Assembly: GCF_006345805.1 (NCBI RefSeq)
Contig: NW_021837044.1
Coordinates: 3,357-67,356, forward strand
Length of the DNA: 64,000 nucleotides
Direction of reading: 5' to 3'
DNA from: Octopus sinensis
Taxonomy: Eukaryota
A model generated the notes under the pieces. That model was not told the DNA's origin, ran no database searches, and saw nothing but the letters and a program-made list of their open reading frames with translations. Shown here one piece after another: positions 1 through 10,866 of the stretch. The translations under genes were made by a program, and so were the position numbers. Position 1 is the stretch's first letter. Each line of letters opens with the position of its first letter.

Positions 1-140
1 ATAATCTGGTGCTTGACTGAGGATAGAGGGCTTCGAATAACCCGTCCTTGTTTTCTTTGTATCGTCTATCTGGATGTTTTGTTGTCCCTTTTTGTATCAA
101 CTAGATGTCGGATGATTTGCGTTCTTGTCCCATTTTTATT
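1..140. repeat. Dispersed repeat fragment (likely Penelope-type terminal repeat), truncated by window edge
   Basis: Reverse complement aligns by eye to 51811-51950 (aaaaataggacaggaacgcaaaacatcc...cctcagtcaagctccagattat); a related copy lies at 48080-48410. All abut (TA)n. The class assignment is inference. Confidence 0.55.
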
Positions 141-144
141 ATAT

Positions 145-175
<31 letters not shown>

Positions 176-176
176 T

Positions 177-212
<36 letters not shown>

Positions 213-213
213 G

Positions 214-672
214 AAGAAAAATAAGTTGGCTAGCAGCAAGCTGTTTCGCCTCATACCGAAGGAATTAGAAATGGCAGTCAAAGACCGCTTTTTCCATTTC
301 TATAAGTGGAGATTCCAAAAACGAAGGCCCTTGCGGCTCACATACACAAAACCGGAGTGGCAAATACACGAATTCAGTCACTTACCGTTAATAGCGAACA
401 CGGTGTTTCTGGATCACAAACATATAAAAAAGGGAGTTTGAATTCCGTCATCAGCGCTATATTCGATAGCTTTATCAAATGCCACCGGCCCTCACTTCTG
501 ACCCAGCGACATCAGATAGGTGGGGGAAGTGCGCAGATGTTAAAACCAAGTAACGACTGGGAACGTAAATTTTCCCTCCAAAATTCTGCCATGCGCGCCT
601 TCTGGTAATCGCAATGGAATGAGGAATCCACATGGTAATACAATAAAAATGGTAAATAATTTTCCTGTGGTT
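214..672 (-). repeat. Inverted arm (~460 bp) of the 554-bp repeat unit
   Basis: Reverse complement of ~686-1150 with a ~14 nt spacer; identical short ORFs appear on opposite strands (226..441+ vs 893..1138-). Confidence 0.95.
391..460 (-). ncRNA. Minimal type I hammerhead ribozyme motif (inverted-arm copy)
   Basis: Reverse complement of the motif at 902-973. Confidence 0.65.
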
Positions 673-901
673 TGTTGGTTACATGAAAAACCACAGGAAA
701 ATTATTTACCATTTTTAGTGTATTACCATGTGGATTCCTCATTCCATTGCGATTACCCAGAAGGCGCGCATGGCAGAATTTTGGAGGGAAAATTTACGTT
801 CCCAGTCGTTACTTGGTTTTAACATCTGCGCACTTCCCCCCACTATCTGATGTCGCTGGGTCAGAAGTGAGGGCCGGTGGCATTTGATAAAGCTATCGAA
901 T

Positions 902-973
902 ATAGCGCTGATGACGGAATTCAAACTCCCCTTTTTTTATATGTTTGTGATCCAGAAACACCGTGTTCGCTAT
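902..973 (+). ncRNA. Minimal type I hammerhead ribozyme motif, unit 1
   Basis: Helix I ATAGCG/CGCTAT; core CTGATGA; helix II c-GGA...TCC-a; GAA; quasi-palindromic helix III ACAC-C-GTGT; predicted cleavage after GUU (967). Confidence 0.7.
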
Positions 974-1457
974 TAACGGTAAGTGACTGAATTCGTGTAT
1001 TTGCCACTCCGGTTTTGTGTATGTGAGCCGCAAGGGCCTTCGTTTTTGGAATCTCCACTTATAGAAATGGAAAAAGCGGTCTTTGACTGCCATTTCTAAT
1101 TCCTTCGGTATGAGGCGAAACAGCTTGCTGCTAGCCAACTTATTTTTCTTTACTATATACTGAACCTTACAAAGGTCTTGACAATTATTTTGTCGTATTT
1201 ACATACCGAAATTTACCGGTAAATAATTGTTGGTTACATGAAAAACCACAGGAAAATTATTTACCATTTTTAGTGTATTACCATGTGGATTCCTCATTCC
1301 ATTGCGATTACCCAGAAGGCGCGCATGGCAGAATTTTGGAGGGAAAATTTACGTTCCCAGTCGTTACTTGTTTTAACATCTGCGCACTTCCCCCCACTAT
1401 CTGATTGGTCGCTGGGTCAGAAGTGAGGGCCGGTGGCATTTGATAAAGCTATCGAAT

Positions 1458-1529
1458 ATAGCGCTGATGACGGAATTCAAACTCCCCTTTTTTTATATGT
1501 TTGTGATCCAGAAACACCGTGTTCGCTAT
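1458..1529 (+). ncRNA. Minimal type I hammerhead ribozyme motif, unit 2
   Basis: Same motif as 902-973. Confidence 0.7.
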
Positions 1530-2011
1530 TAACGGTAAGTGACTGAATTCGTGTATTTGCCACTCCGGTTTTTGTATGTGAGCGCAAGGGCCTTCGTTTT
1601 TGGAATCTCCACTTATAGAAATGGAAAAAGCGGTCTTTGACTGCCATTTCTAATTCCTTCGGTATGAGGCGAAACAGCTTGCTGCTAGCCAACTTATTTT
1701 TCTTTACTATATACTGAACCTTACAAAGGTCTTGACAATTATTTTGTCGTATTTACATACCGAAATTTACCGGTAAATAATTGTTGGTTACATGAAAAAC
1801 CACAGGAAAATTATTTACCATTTTTATTGTATTACCATGTGGATTCCTCATTCCATTGCGATTACCCAGAAGGCGCGCATGGCAGAATTTTGGAGGGAAA
1901 ATTTACGTTCCCAGTCGTTACTTGTTTTAACATCTGCGCACTTCCCCCCACTATCTGATTGGTCGCTGGGTCAGAAGTGAGGGCCGGTGGCATTTGATAA
2001 AGCTATCGAAT

Positions 2012-2083
2012 ATAGCGCTGATGACGGAATTCAAACTCCCCTTTTTTTATATGTTTGTGATCCAGAAACACCGTGTTCGCTAT
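2012..2083 (+). ncRNA. Minimal type I hammerhead ribozyme motif, unit 3
   Basis: Same motif as 902-973. Confidence 0.7.
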
Positions 2084-2383
2084 TAACGGTAAGTGACTGA
2101 ATTCGTGTATTTGCCACTCCGGTTTTTGTATGTGAGCGCAAGGGCCTTCGTTTTTGGAATCTCCACTTATAGAAATGGAAAAAGCGGTCTTTGACTGCCA
2201 TTTCTAATTCCTTCGGTATGAGGCGAAACAGCTTGCTGCTAGCCAACTTATTTTTCTTTACTATATACTGAACCTTACAAAGGTCTTGACAATTATTTTG
2301 TCGTATTTACATACCGAAATTTACCGGTAAATAATTGTTGGTTACATGAAAAACCACAGGAAAATTATTTACCATTTTTATTG

Positions 2384-2447
<64 letters not shown>

Positions 2448-2450
<3 letters not shown>

Positions 2451-2584
2451 CGCAGACGTGATAGTGTAAGAAGCTGGCTTCCCAACCACAAGGTGCCGGG
2501 TTCAGTTCCACTCTGTCTTCTACTATAGCCTCGGGCCGACCAAACCTTGTGAGTGGATTTGGTAGACGGAAACTGAAAGCCCGT

Positions 2585-2587
<3 letters not shown>
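2448..2587 (+). mobile_element. tRNA-derived SINE (family A head, internally deleted)
   Basis: tRNA-like head (ggcgcag...gggttcagttcc) plus ctatagcctcgggccgacc...ggaaactgaaag; other copies at 42190, 50440 and 52270. Confidence 0.8.
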
Positions 2588-2622
<35 letters not shown>

Positions 2623-2625
2623 TAG

Positions 2626-2656
<31 letters not shown>

Positions 2657-2658
2657 TA

Positions 2659-3475
2659 CTGGGTTGGCAACTAAGTTCCCGCTGTTTTCTTAAATTTTGG
2701 AATCTATTTTGTTTTGTCTTGTTTTGTTTTTCTAGTTAATTTTTGTTTATTTTCAGATCATTAAAATGGAATGTCAAGTTAAGGAAAACGAGCATTTTCG
2801 ACACTTCTTTCTCTTTGCTTTTAATCAAGGTTCTAAGGCCGCAAAACCTACTCGCGACATTTGTGCTGTGTATGGAGAGGGTGCCATAACTGAAAGAACC
2901 GCTCCTGATTGGTATGCCAAGTTCAAAAATGGACATTTTGGCCGTCCAATTGAGTTCAATGAAGAGCGATTAAACCAACTTTTGCACGAAAATTTTCGTC
3001 AAACGACAAGGGAACTGGCAGAGAAAATGGAATGCTCCCACACTGCTATAGAGAAGCATCTTCACTTGATAGGAAAGGTTCAGAAGTATGGAGCATGGGT
3101 TCTGCATGCTTTAAGTAACAACAACAAAAGTCAACGAGCCACAATCTCCGCTGGTTTGCTTGCTCGTCACAGCTCAACTCATGGACACAAGCAACGATTG
3201 CTTTACCGAATTGTTATTGGCGACGAAAAACCATGTTGCGCAGTAGCAAGAATCATACAAAGAGGGCACTAACGACATGCTTTCCTCCAAAAAAGAAGTG
3301 TTAAGCGAAGGACCAGCATAAGTTTCTTGTAGAAAAATTGATACGTTACAAGAACTGTATATTGATGGCGAGTTCAAGGTCTTTGCAAGATCCGAAAAAG
3401 CAACTGTAAAATTCTTGGCGTTGTTCCGTACAAGCTACATGAATGAATATCTCATCAGTTGACAGGAATTTCTTG
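2659..3475 (+). mobile_element. Mariner transposon, internally deleted (transposase remnant 2766-3272)
   Basis: TA then TIR ctgggttggcaactaag. ORF has the mariner HTH region (HFRH..LFAF, WYAKFK, TTRELA), GAWV.H.L and RIV.GDEK; catalytic domain truncated. Confidence 0.9.
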
Positions 3476-3708
3476 AAAGGAATCTCTTAGACTTTTGTCT
3501 TCGCTTTAAAACGAAAGGCTGAAAAATCCTCCATCTTCGTTGGCGAGAAGAGATATGCGTGTATTTTCGATAAGATCTTCTTAAACTGATTTAGATAGAA
3601 ATGAAAAAAATATATCCCTAAAACTGTAAGAGCAGAGGATTCCTCCGGGTTTGTTTGACTCCTGGACAAATTGTAGAATTATAATTATCGTACATTAATA
3701 GTACTTGC

Positions 3709-3973
3709 GTGGAGGCGCGTGGCTTTGTGGTTAGGGTGTCAGCACCATGATCGTAAGATTGTGGTTTCGATTCCTGGACCGGGCGACGCGTTGTGTTCTT
3801 AAGCAAAACACTTCATTTCAAGTTGCTCCAGTCCACTCAGCTTGCAAAAATGAGTAACGCTGTGATGGACTGGCGTCCCGTCCGGCTGGGGAACACGTAA
3901 GCCATGGAAACCGGGAAACCGGGCCCATGAGCCTGGCTAGGCTTTAAAAAGGGCGCATTTATTTTTTTATTAC
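3709..3973 (+). mobile_element. tRNA-derived SINE with CORE-like centre and 10-bp TSD
   Basis: A box/B box head (tggctttgtggttagg, gtttcgattcc), gtgttcttaagcaaaacactt; TSD TAGTACTTGC at 3699-3708 and 3974-3983. Confidence 0.85.
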
Positions 3974-3989
3974 TAGTACTTGCATCACA

Positions 3990-4440
3990 AACTGGGAATC
4001 TTTACACCGAGGCAAAAGTATTCAGAGGAAACAGGTCCTCTTAAAAATAGAAATAGTGATGTTCTACTTCAATCATGTCAAGAAGGGTTAAATATGGCGG
4101 TTTTTGTGGTTCTTATGATTTTCATTAGCAGTTGTTTCACGACAAAATATCTAGTCAGTTGTACAAAAAATATCTCGGTAGCCACACTGAGACTCGGGAT
4201 TACTGACTTTATTAGAATTTGTAGATGAAACAATAAGATGGTGGGAAGTACTTTTCTAGTCACTCTCAACAAAGAAATCCCACGATAATTGTTGCAGTCG
4301 CCATGTTTCCCTTTTCAGCTTATTAGCGTTTGAGTACTACCAATTAGATTGCTTCGTAGAGAGAAGACAGTTCTGAGTGTCCTTGGTTCACCTTCAGAAG
4401 AACCAAAGCAGAAGGAGGTGTAATTATCTATTTTAGCAAA
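3990..4440 (-). mobile_element. RTE-clade LINE fragment (endonuclease N-terminal piece fused to RT piece), decayed
   Basis: Minus-strand translation gives KGKHGDCNNYRGISLLRVTRKVLPTILL and PESQCGYR, typical RTE RT motifs. Confidence 0.75.
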
Positions 4441-5124
4441 GCCAGAGCCAGACAGTCTAGCTTCCTGGAGTTCAGCGATATGTATTTTTACGCTGCATTA
4501 GCACTACATCGATAACGGAAGTTACCCTTGCGTCAATTTGCGCATTGTGTATACCATAGGTTATGTTTATTCCAGTTCGAATGTTCTAAGTAGCGAATAT
4601 ATATTGTGAGGGGGGAAATTTTTGTTAGATTTTGTTGTAAAGAAATTCTCATAAAAGCGTTGTAGCATGCGCGAGTGTAAGCGATAACATCTTACTGGTT
4701 TGAGGTTTCGTGGCTTTGAGTGGGCAGTATTTGTACAGGAATGATAGAAACCTCACCCATTTTAATAAGGATCTCTGGCTCCTTAATCAACATCACTACT
4801 GCCATGAGTCATAAGTGATAACTAGTCCAATCAAGGTAAATTTGTAACCAGTTTAAATTAGAACGTACATTTGCTTCTGTGAGGGAAATCCGGGTAAGAT
4901 GAGATGGGAATAGTCGTAGCCAGCACTGACTTGGGTGGTCTCTGCACTTATTAAGGAGCTTCTAACAACCATGTTCGCACGGAAGAAGAGAATGTATCGA
5001 TGATGGAATGGTAATGGATGGCTATAAATGCTTTGTCTTATATTCAGGGTTGACTACAATCTATATACACCTCCTGTTGTACAGAAGTGAATTGACACAA
5101 AATGCTCTTAGCTCATCAGCAGTA

Positions 5125-5233
5125 TATAATATATGTGTGTGTGTGTGTGTGTGTGGTGTGTGTGTTTGTGTAGATAGATAGATAAATAGAGAGAAAAAGA
5201 GGCAAACAGGCAGACAGGCAAACAGACAGACAT

Positions 5234-5270
<37 letters not shown>

Positions 5271-5487
5271 TAGAGACAAACAGACAGACAGAAAATCAGA
5301 CAGACAGACAGACGGATAGATAAATGTGAATGAATATGTGTGCGTGTTGCTGTTATTGTTGCGTGTCTGTATGAGTGTGTGTGTGGTTGTGTGTGTGTGG
5401 TTGTGTGTGTGTGATTGTGTGTTTGTGTGTATGATTGTGTGTGTCTGATATTGTGTGCGCGCGTGCGTGTTGTCATTATTGTTTGTG

Positions 5488-5557
<70 letters not shown>

Positions 5558-5968
5558 TGTGTGTGGCTACCCCTCTCTCCTATCGCTGTCTCTCTCACCC
5601 TTTTCTGAATCCCTCTCTGCTTCAGTTAACGACCATCAGCATAGACGACATTGTTACATAAACCGGATATCATTTCAAGACAACTTCATTCTGACACTTT
5701 ATTTTTCTTTCTGTTTAGTGTATATACAGTACATACATACATGCATACATACAAACATACATACATAGTGTGTGTGTGTGTGTGTGTGTGTGATGCATGC
5801 ATGTATGTATGCATGTATGTATATTTGCCTGAAAGAGCGTTTTAGTGACACCATTAGACATATTATCCACTTCTACGAGTTTTTGTTATCTTTTTTATCC
5901 CTCGTTCGCGTCTGTTTAATTTGTTGTGTGTGTGTGTGTGTGTGTTTCAGTATGTATATGCGTGTGTA

Positions 5969-6003
<35 letters not shown>

Positions 6004-6250
6004 GTATGTGTGTATGTATGTATGTGTGTATGTATGTATGTATGTATGTATGTATGTATGTATGTATGTATGTATGTATGTATGCATGTTTGTATGTATG
6101 TATGTATGCGTTTGTATGTATGTATGTATGTATGTATGTATGTATGTATGTTATGTATGTATGTATGCATGTTTGTATGTATGTATGTATGCGTTTGTAT
6201 GTATGAGTATACATACATACGTTTGTGTGCGTAGATAGATAAATGGATGG
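5125..6250. repeat. Compound microsatellites (GT, GA, GACA, TATG)
   Basis: Seen directly. Confidence 0.95.
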
Positions 6251-6251
6251 A

Positions 6252-6635
6252 TGGAAGCACTCCGTCGGTTCCGACGACGTGGGTTCCGGTTGATCCGATC
6301 AACGGAACAGCCTGCTCGTGAAATTAGCGTGTAAGCGGATGAGCATTCCACAGACACGTGTACCCTTAACGTAGTTCTCGGGGATATTCAGTGTGACACA
6401 GAGAGTGACAAGGCCGGCCCTTTGAAATACAGGTGCAACAGAAACAGGAAGTAAGAGTGAGAGAAAGTTGTGGTGAAAGAGTACTGCAGGGATCACCACC
6501 ACTCCCTGCCGGAGCCTCGTGGAGCTTTTATGTGTTTTCGCTCAATAAACACTCACAACGCCCGGTCTGGGAATCGAAACCGCGATCCTATGATCGCGAG
6601 TCCGCTGCCCTAACCACTGGGCCATTGCGCCTCCA
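6252..6635 (-). mobile_element. tRNA-derived SINE, full length (family B)
   Basis: Minus strand starts tggaggcgcaatggcccagtggttagggcagcggactcgcg...gtttcgattcccagacc; a related copy lies at 13574-13881. Confidence 0.9.
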
Positions 6636-6731
6636 ATATAGATAAATAGAGAGATGCACAAACATACATTCGGACAGATAGACAGGAAGGCAGACTAGCA
6701 GACAGGCAGGCGAGCAGACAGACAGGCAGAC

Positions 6732-6762
<31 letters not shown>

Positions 6763-6968
6763 TCATCATGCTAATATCAAGGAAAATGAAGATCCTTGTT
6801 ACACTTCTCGGTCGAGGAGGAACGCTAAATAAAGACCATTCATATGAACTCTTCTTCCTGATTAAAACAAATCTTTGAAAACAAGAGTCATTTCGTTTAT
6901 TCTTGATACATCATAATACTACATCCACATATATATATATCTATATATATATATATATATCTATATAT

Positions 6969-7012
<44 letters not shown>

Positions 7013-7194
7013 AGAAAATGGAGAAATACATCTAAATCAAATATCAATTATCAGATAATACTCAATCACATACTTTATTAAACCCACCACATATGTTTAA
7101 ACCCTACAGTCTCTTATGTGGTGGTTAATAAAGTATGTGATTGAGTATTATCTGGTAATTGATTATTTGATTTAGATATATTTCTCCATTTTCT
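7013..7194. repeat. Imperfect foldback (~80 bp inverted arms)
   Basis: agaaaatggagaaatacatctaaatcaaat...ccaccacata pairs with tatgtggtgg...atttgatttagatatatttctccattttct. Confidence 0.85.
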
Positions 7195-7365
7195 ATATCT
7201 GTATTAATAATTGTAGTAAATCATTTACCTTTGCCCATATAATACAGTAAATGAATTAATTACATCGCAGTCCTAACATTTATGTATTAACTTTGGTGGG
7301 TACTTCACTAGCAGTATATTGGATATATGTATCCCATGGAGGGTTGCATTTACAACCCCTATATA

Positions 7366-7432
<67 letters not shown>

Positions 7433-7664
7433 GAAATATGTTACGAAAAGAAATATAAAATACACGTGGAAATGTAAGGGTAAAATATGAAAAAATCAAC
7501 GAAAATGCATATTGCAAATAGAAAAAGGCTATTTATGACAGGTAGTGACAAATATATACATTTAGATTGACTGATACGAGTCATAAAGGTCATTATTATG
7601 AGATGTTTATAAGATAATAATAATATATATATCTGTAAATGTAATATGTGACAATTATTCGGTA

Positions 7665-7734
7665 GCCATGATAAAACTCCGAGTTTCGGATGCCGAGATG
7701 GAAATCCACGCCGCTATCTTTTCAGTTATCTGGC
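7665..7734 (-). ncRNA. Degenerate minimal hammerhead motif
   Basis: Helix I gcca-gataa/ttatc-a-tggc; core CTGAAAA (G8 mutated); GAA; helix III ACTC-G-GAGT; U17. Confidence 0.55.
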
Positions 7735-7999
7735 CATCGGAAAAATGCTATGAAAAATGACCGTTATACAAAGTGATTGACCGTTAAAACAAAAGAGCTA
7801 TTCGAATGACCGCTAAGTAAGGGGAGGGCGCAAAGTAAGGGGGTTAAAACGTTCATATTATTCGCGTAAGCGCGCCTGTTCATATCTACACATGTGCGCC
7901 CGCACACCCACGTACGTGCGCCTAAAAGTATACATTCATCCACCCTCACTTGAAAACGTACACATCCTCACTCTCATCCTCCGCCAAAGAATAATCATA

Positions 8000-8985
8000 A
8001 GAAGAAGAAGCCCCTTCAAGGGAAATACTGGACTAAACTAAATGCAAAAGAAATAAAGTTAAATCCCAGCAATGGTTGAGAAGCTCAGGACTCAAAGCAG
8101 AGACAGAGGGATTTTTAATTGCAGCACAAGACCAAAGCCTCCTCACCAGAAATTACCAAAAACATTCTGCAGTTACTTGTTATGTTTCTTTTTCATTATA
8201 TGTGGAGATGGACAAGAAACAATAAATCATATTATCTCTGGCTGCCCAGTCCTGGCTAAGAAGGTATATATTCACAGACACGACAGAGTTGGGACCTACA
8301 TACATTGGAAGCTCTGCCAAAACTATGGAATTACAACAGAAAATAGATGGTATAAGCTAACGCCAAAAAAGGAGAAAGCAACCATACTCTGGGATATGCC
8401 AATACGCACAGATAGAGAAATTATGGCCAATAGGCCAGATATAGATGTGAGAGATCATGAAGAAAAATTGCTTTCTAATTGATGTATCAATACCAGCAGA
8501 TGACAACGTGTCTCTAAAAGAAATGGAGAAACTTTCAAAATACAAAGACCTGGAAATAGAAGTAACTCGAATGTGGAATCTAAAAACAGAAATAATTCCT
8601 ATCATAAAACAAAAGAGCTATTCGAATGACCGCTAAGTAAGGGGAGGGCGTAAAGTAAGGGGGTTAAAACGTTCATATTATTATCTACACATGTGCGCCC
8701 GCACACCCACGTACGTGCGCCTAAAAGTATATCATTAGGCATGATATGAATATATTCAGACAAATACATAACAAACCACCAGGACTTACAAACACATATA
8801 ACATACAGAAAATTGCACTACAAGGCACTGCACACATCCTACGCAGAACACTTTCAATACAGTAACCATCAGAGCACCACAACAAACCACAGCACATACC
8901 CAAGGCACACAGAGCTGAGCTCGGCAGTGAAGTGAAAACACGATATAAAAATAAAACTACTGAGTAATAATAATAATAATAATAA
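8000..8985 (+). mobile_element. R4/Dong-type LINE 3' fragment, copy 1 (CCHC knuckle and restriction-like endonuclease)
   Basis: SQQWLRSSGLKAETEGFLIAAQDQ, CGDGQETINHIISGC, HRHDRVGTYIHWKLC, ANRPDI, LIDVSIP, KLSKYKDLE; ends in (TAA)n. Confidence 0.9.
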
Positions 8986-9014
8986 TAACAATAATAATAA
9001 TAATAATAAATTAC

Positions 9015-9715
9015 CAAAAACATGTAATGAAAAGAAATATTACAAGTAACTGCAGAATATGTGGAGATGGACAAGAAACATAATCATATCTCTAGCTGCC
9101 CAGTCCTGGCTAAGAGGAATATATTCACAGACATGACAGAGTTGGAACCTACATACATTGGAAGCTATGTCAACATTATGGAATAACACAGAAAAAAGAT
9201 GGTATAGGCACACACCAGAAAAGGTCACAGAAAACGAGAAAGCAACCATACTCTGGGATATGCCGATACACACAGATAGATAAATTAAGGCCAACAGACC
9301 AGATATAGTTGTCAGAGATCATGAAGAAAAAAAATGCTTTCTAATTGATGTATCAATACCGGCAGATGACAACGTGTCTCTAAAAGAAATGGAGAAACTC
9401 TCAAAATACAAAGACCTGGAAATAGAGGTAACTAGAATGTGGAACCTGAAAACAGAAACAATTCCTATCATAGTAGGTGCATTAGGCATGATAAAAAAAT
9501 ATTCAGACAAATACATAAAAAACCCAGGACTTACAAACACATATAACATACAGAAAATTGCACTACTAGGCACTGCACCCATCCTACGCAGAACACTTTC
9601 CATACAATAACCATCAGAGCATCACAACAAATCACAGCACATACCCAAGGCACACAGAGCTGCGCTCGGTAGTGAAGTGAAAGCACGCTATAAAAATAAA
9701 ACTACTGAATGATAA
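9015..9715 (+). mobile_element. R4/Dong-type LINE 3' fragment, copy 2, tandem to copy 1
   Basis: Same motifs to the C-terminus GTAPILRRTLSIQ, same 3' UTR, (TAA)n on both sides. Confidence 0.9.
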
Positions 9716-9731
9716 TAATAATAATAATAAT

Positions 9732-10285
9732 GCCCTGATGCAGTACCAGGCAGTGGCTCTCATGGCTTCTGATCTTAACTGATTGGAAGTGTTATCATGT
9801 ACATTGTTTTGTCTTGGTATAAAAGATGGGCTACAGCAAATATTCTGCTCAATACCACAGATTTGCTTGTCAGTTGTTTGACCTTAACCAATTGAGCATG
9901 TCCCTTAGTGGCTGACGATATGTACATCTCTGATCACGAGCAGAAGTAGTGGGGGAGCATCATAGCCGTGTGTTGAGAGGGATTCTTGGGGTTTGAATAA
10001 TTCACCTCTGGTAACATGGTGTGTTCTTTCAACATCCTTAACAACCTTTATTCAGGGACCTTTTGAGCGGGATGGGCTACTCAACCTGAAGAAAATTCTA
10101 ACTGGGCCCCACCTGCAAGGTCATGTGCTGTTCATCTTAATATGAGATCACCATGTCGCGCACATATGGTTGTGATGCATGTGCCTGGTGTACCCTTATC
10201 AGACGGGTAGTCATGATGGGTATATTGGGCTTCGTATATTTTACCCCAATGTCACTTTGATGGCATGCACTGCTCTCTCACTCAA
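9732..10285. repeat. Unclassified ~550 bp interspersed repeat bounded by (TAA)n
   Basis: Non-coding block sitting exactly between TAA runs; I recognise it as a common octopus repeat but cannot classify it. Confidence 0.4.
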
Positions 10286-10307
10286 TAATAATAATAGTAA
10301 TAATAAT

Positions 10308-10507
10308 CATTTCTACTATAGGCACAAGGCCTGAAATTTGGGGGATTGGGATAGACGACGTCATCGACCCCAGTACTCAACTATTACGTATTTTATTGAC
10401 CCCGGAAGGGTGAAAAGCAAAGTCGAAGTCGACGGAATTTGAACTCAGAACGTAAAGACGGACGGAATGACGCTAAGCATTTTCGTCCGGCGTGTATGAA
10501 ATTCTGG
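10308..10507 (-). mobile_element. tRNA-derived SINE (family C), degenerate
   Basis: Reverse complement of ...ttctgagttcaaattcc...gactttgc...ccttgtgcctatagtagaaa. Confidence 0.8.
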
Positions 10508-10866
10508 TACGTAATTGCTTGATTAGTGAGAATTAACAGTTAAGTCAAACTCGCATGGCACGCTTCAGTGTTCTAATTAATAGAAAAACAGAAAAGGTAA
10601 GGCAGAGCATCGCTTATATAGACTTTGAAAAAGCGAAATGGCCACGGTTGGAAGATATTTGGTAAAATGCTAATAAAATCAACAATGCTCTAACTGAATT
10701 TCGTATACGTATAAAATATTGACCTAACAAAGTTTTGCTTAAAAATTCTTTCAAGGGAGATAACCTTTAATTAAATAATTTAGAGTTATTTCCCCTGGAA
10801 AGCGCGAAGCTAAGATCTTGGTTTTCATAAAAATTTAATAAATTATTTTCTTCAAAGAATTACGTA
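10508..10866. mobile_element. Possible MITE with ~15 bp TIRs
   Basis: tacgtaattgcttga ... tcaaagaattacgta (13/15 inverted match, TA at both ends). Confidence 0.35.

Larger units (their letters stand above)
673..2385 (+). repeat. Head-to-tail tandem array of a ~554 bp unit (3 full units plus ~50 bp), retrozyme/Penelope pLTR-like
   Basis: Anchor tgttggttacatgaaaaaccacagg recurs at 673, 1228, 1782 and 2336. The whole inverted+tandem block is flanked by (TA)n on both sides. Confidence 0.95.

Noticed and set aside
1-60. CTGAGGA..GAATA as a hammerhead in the 1-140/48080/51811 family
   Set aside because: GAAA and helix I pairing are not present in any copy here.
226-1138. Repeated short ORFs (MASSKLFRLIPKELE...) in the 554-bp unit as a protein-coding family
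   Set aside because: They start at TTG, vary in frame between units and have no recognisable domain.
3709-3790. tRNA genes at SINE heads (also 6560-6635, 13800-13881, 31695-31770, 55445-55520)
   Set aside because: Cloverleafs are incomplete and each continues into a SINE body.
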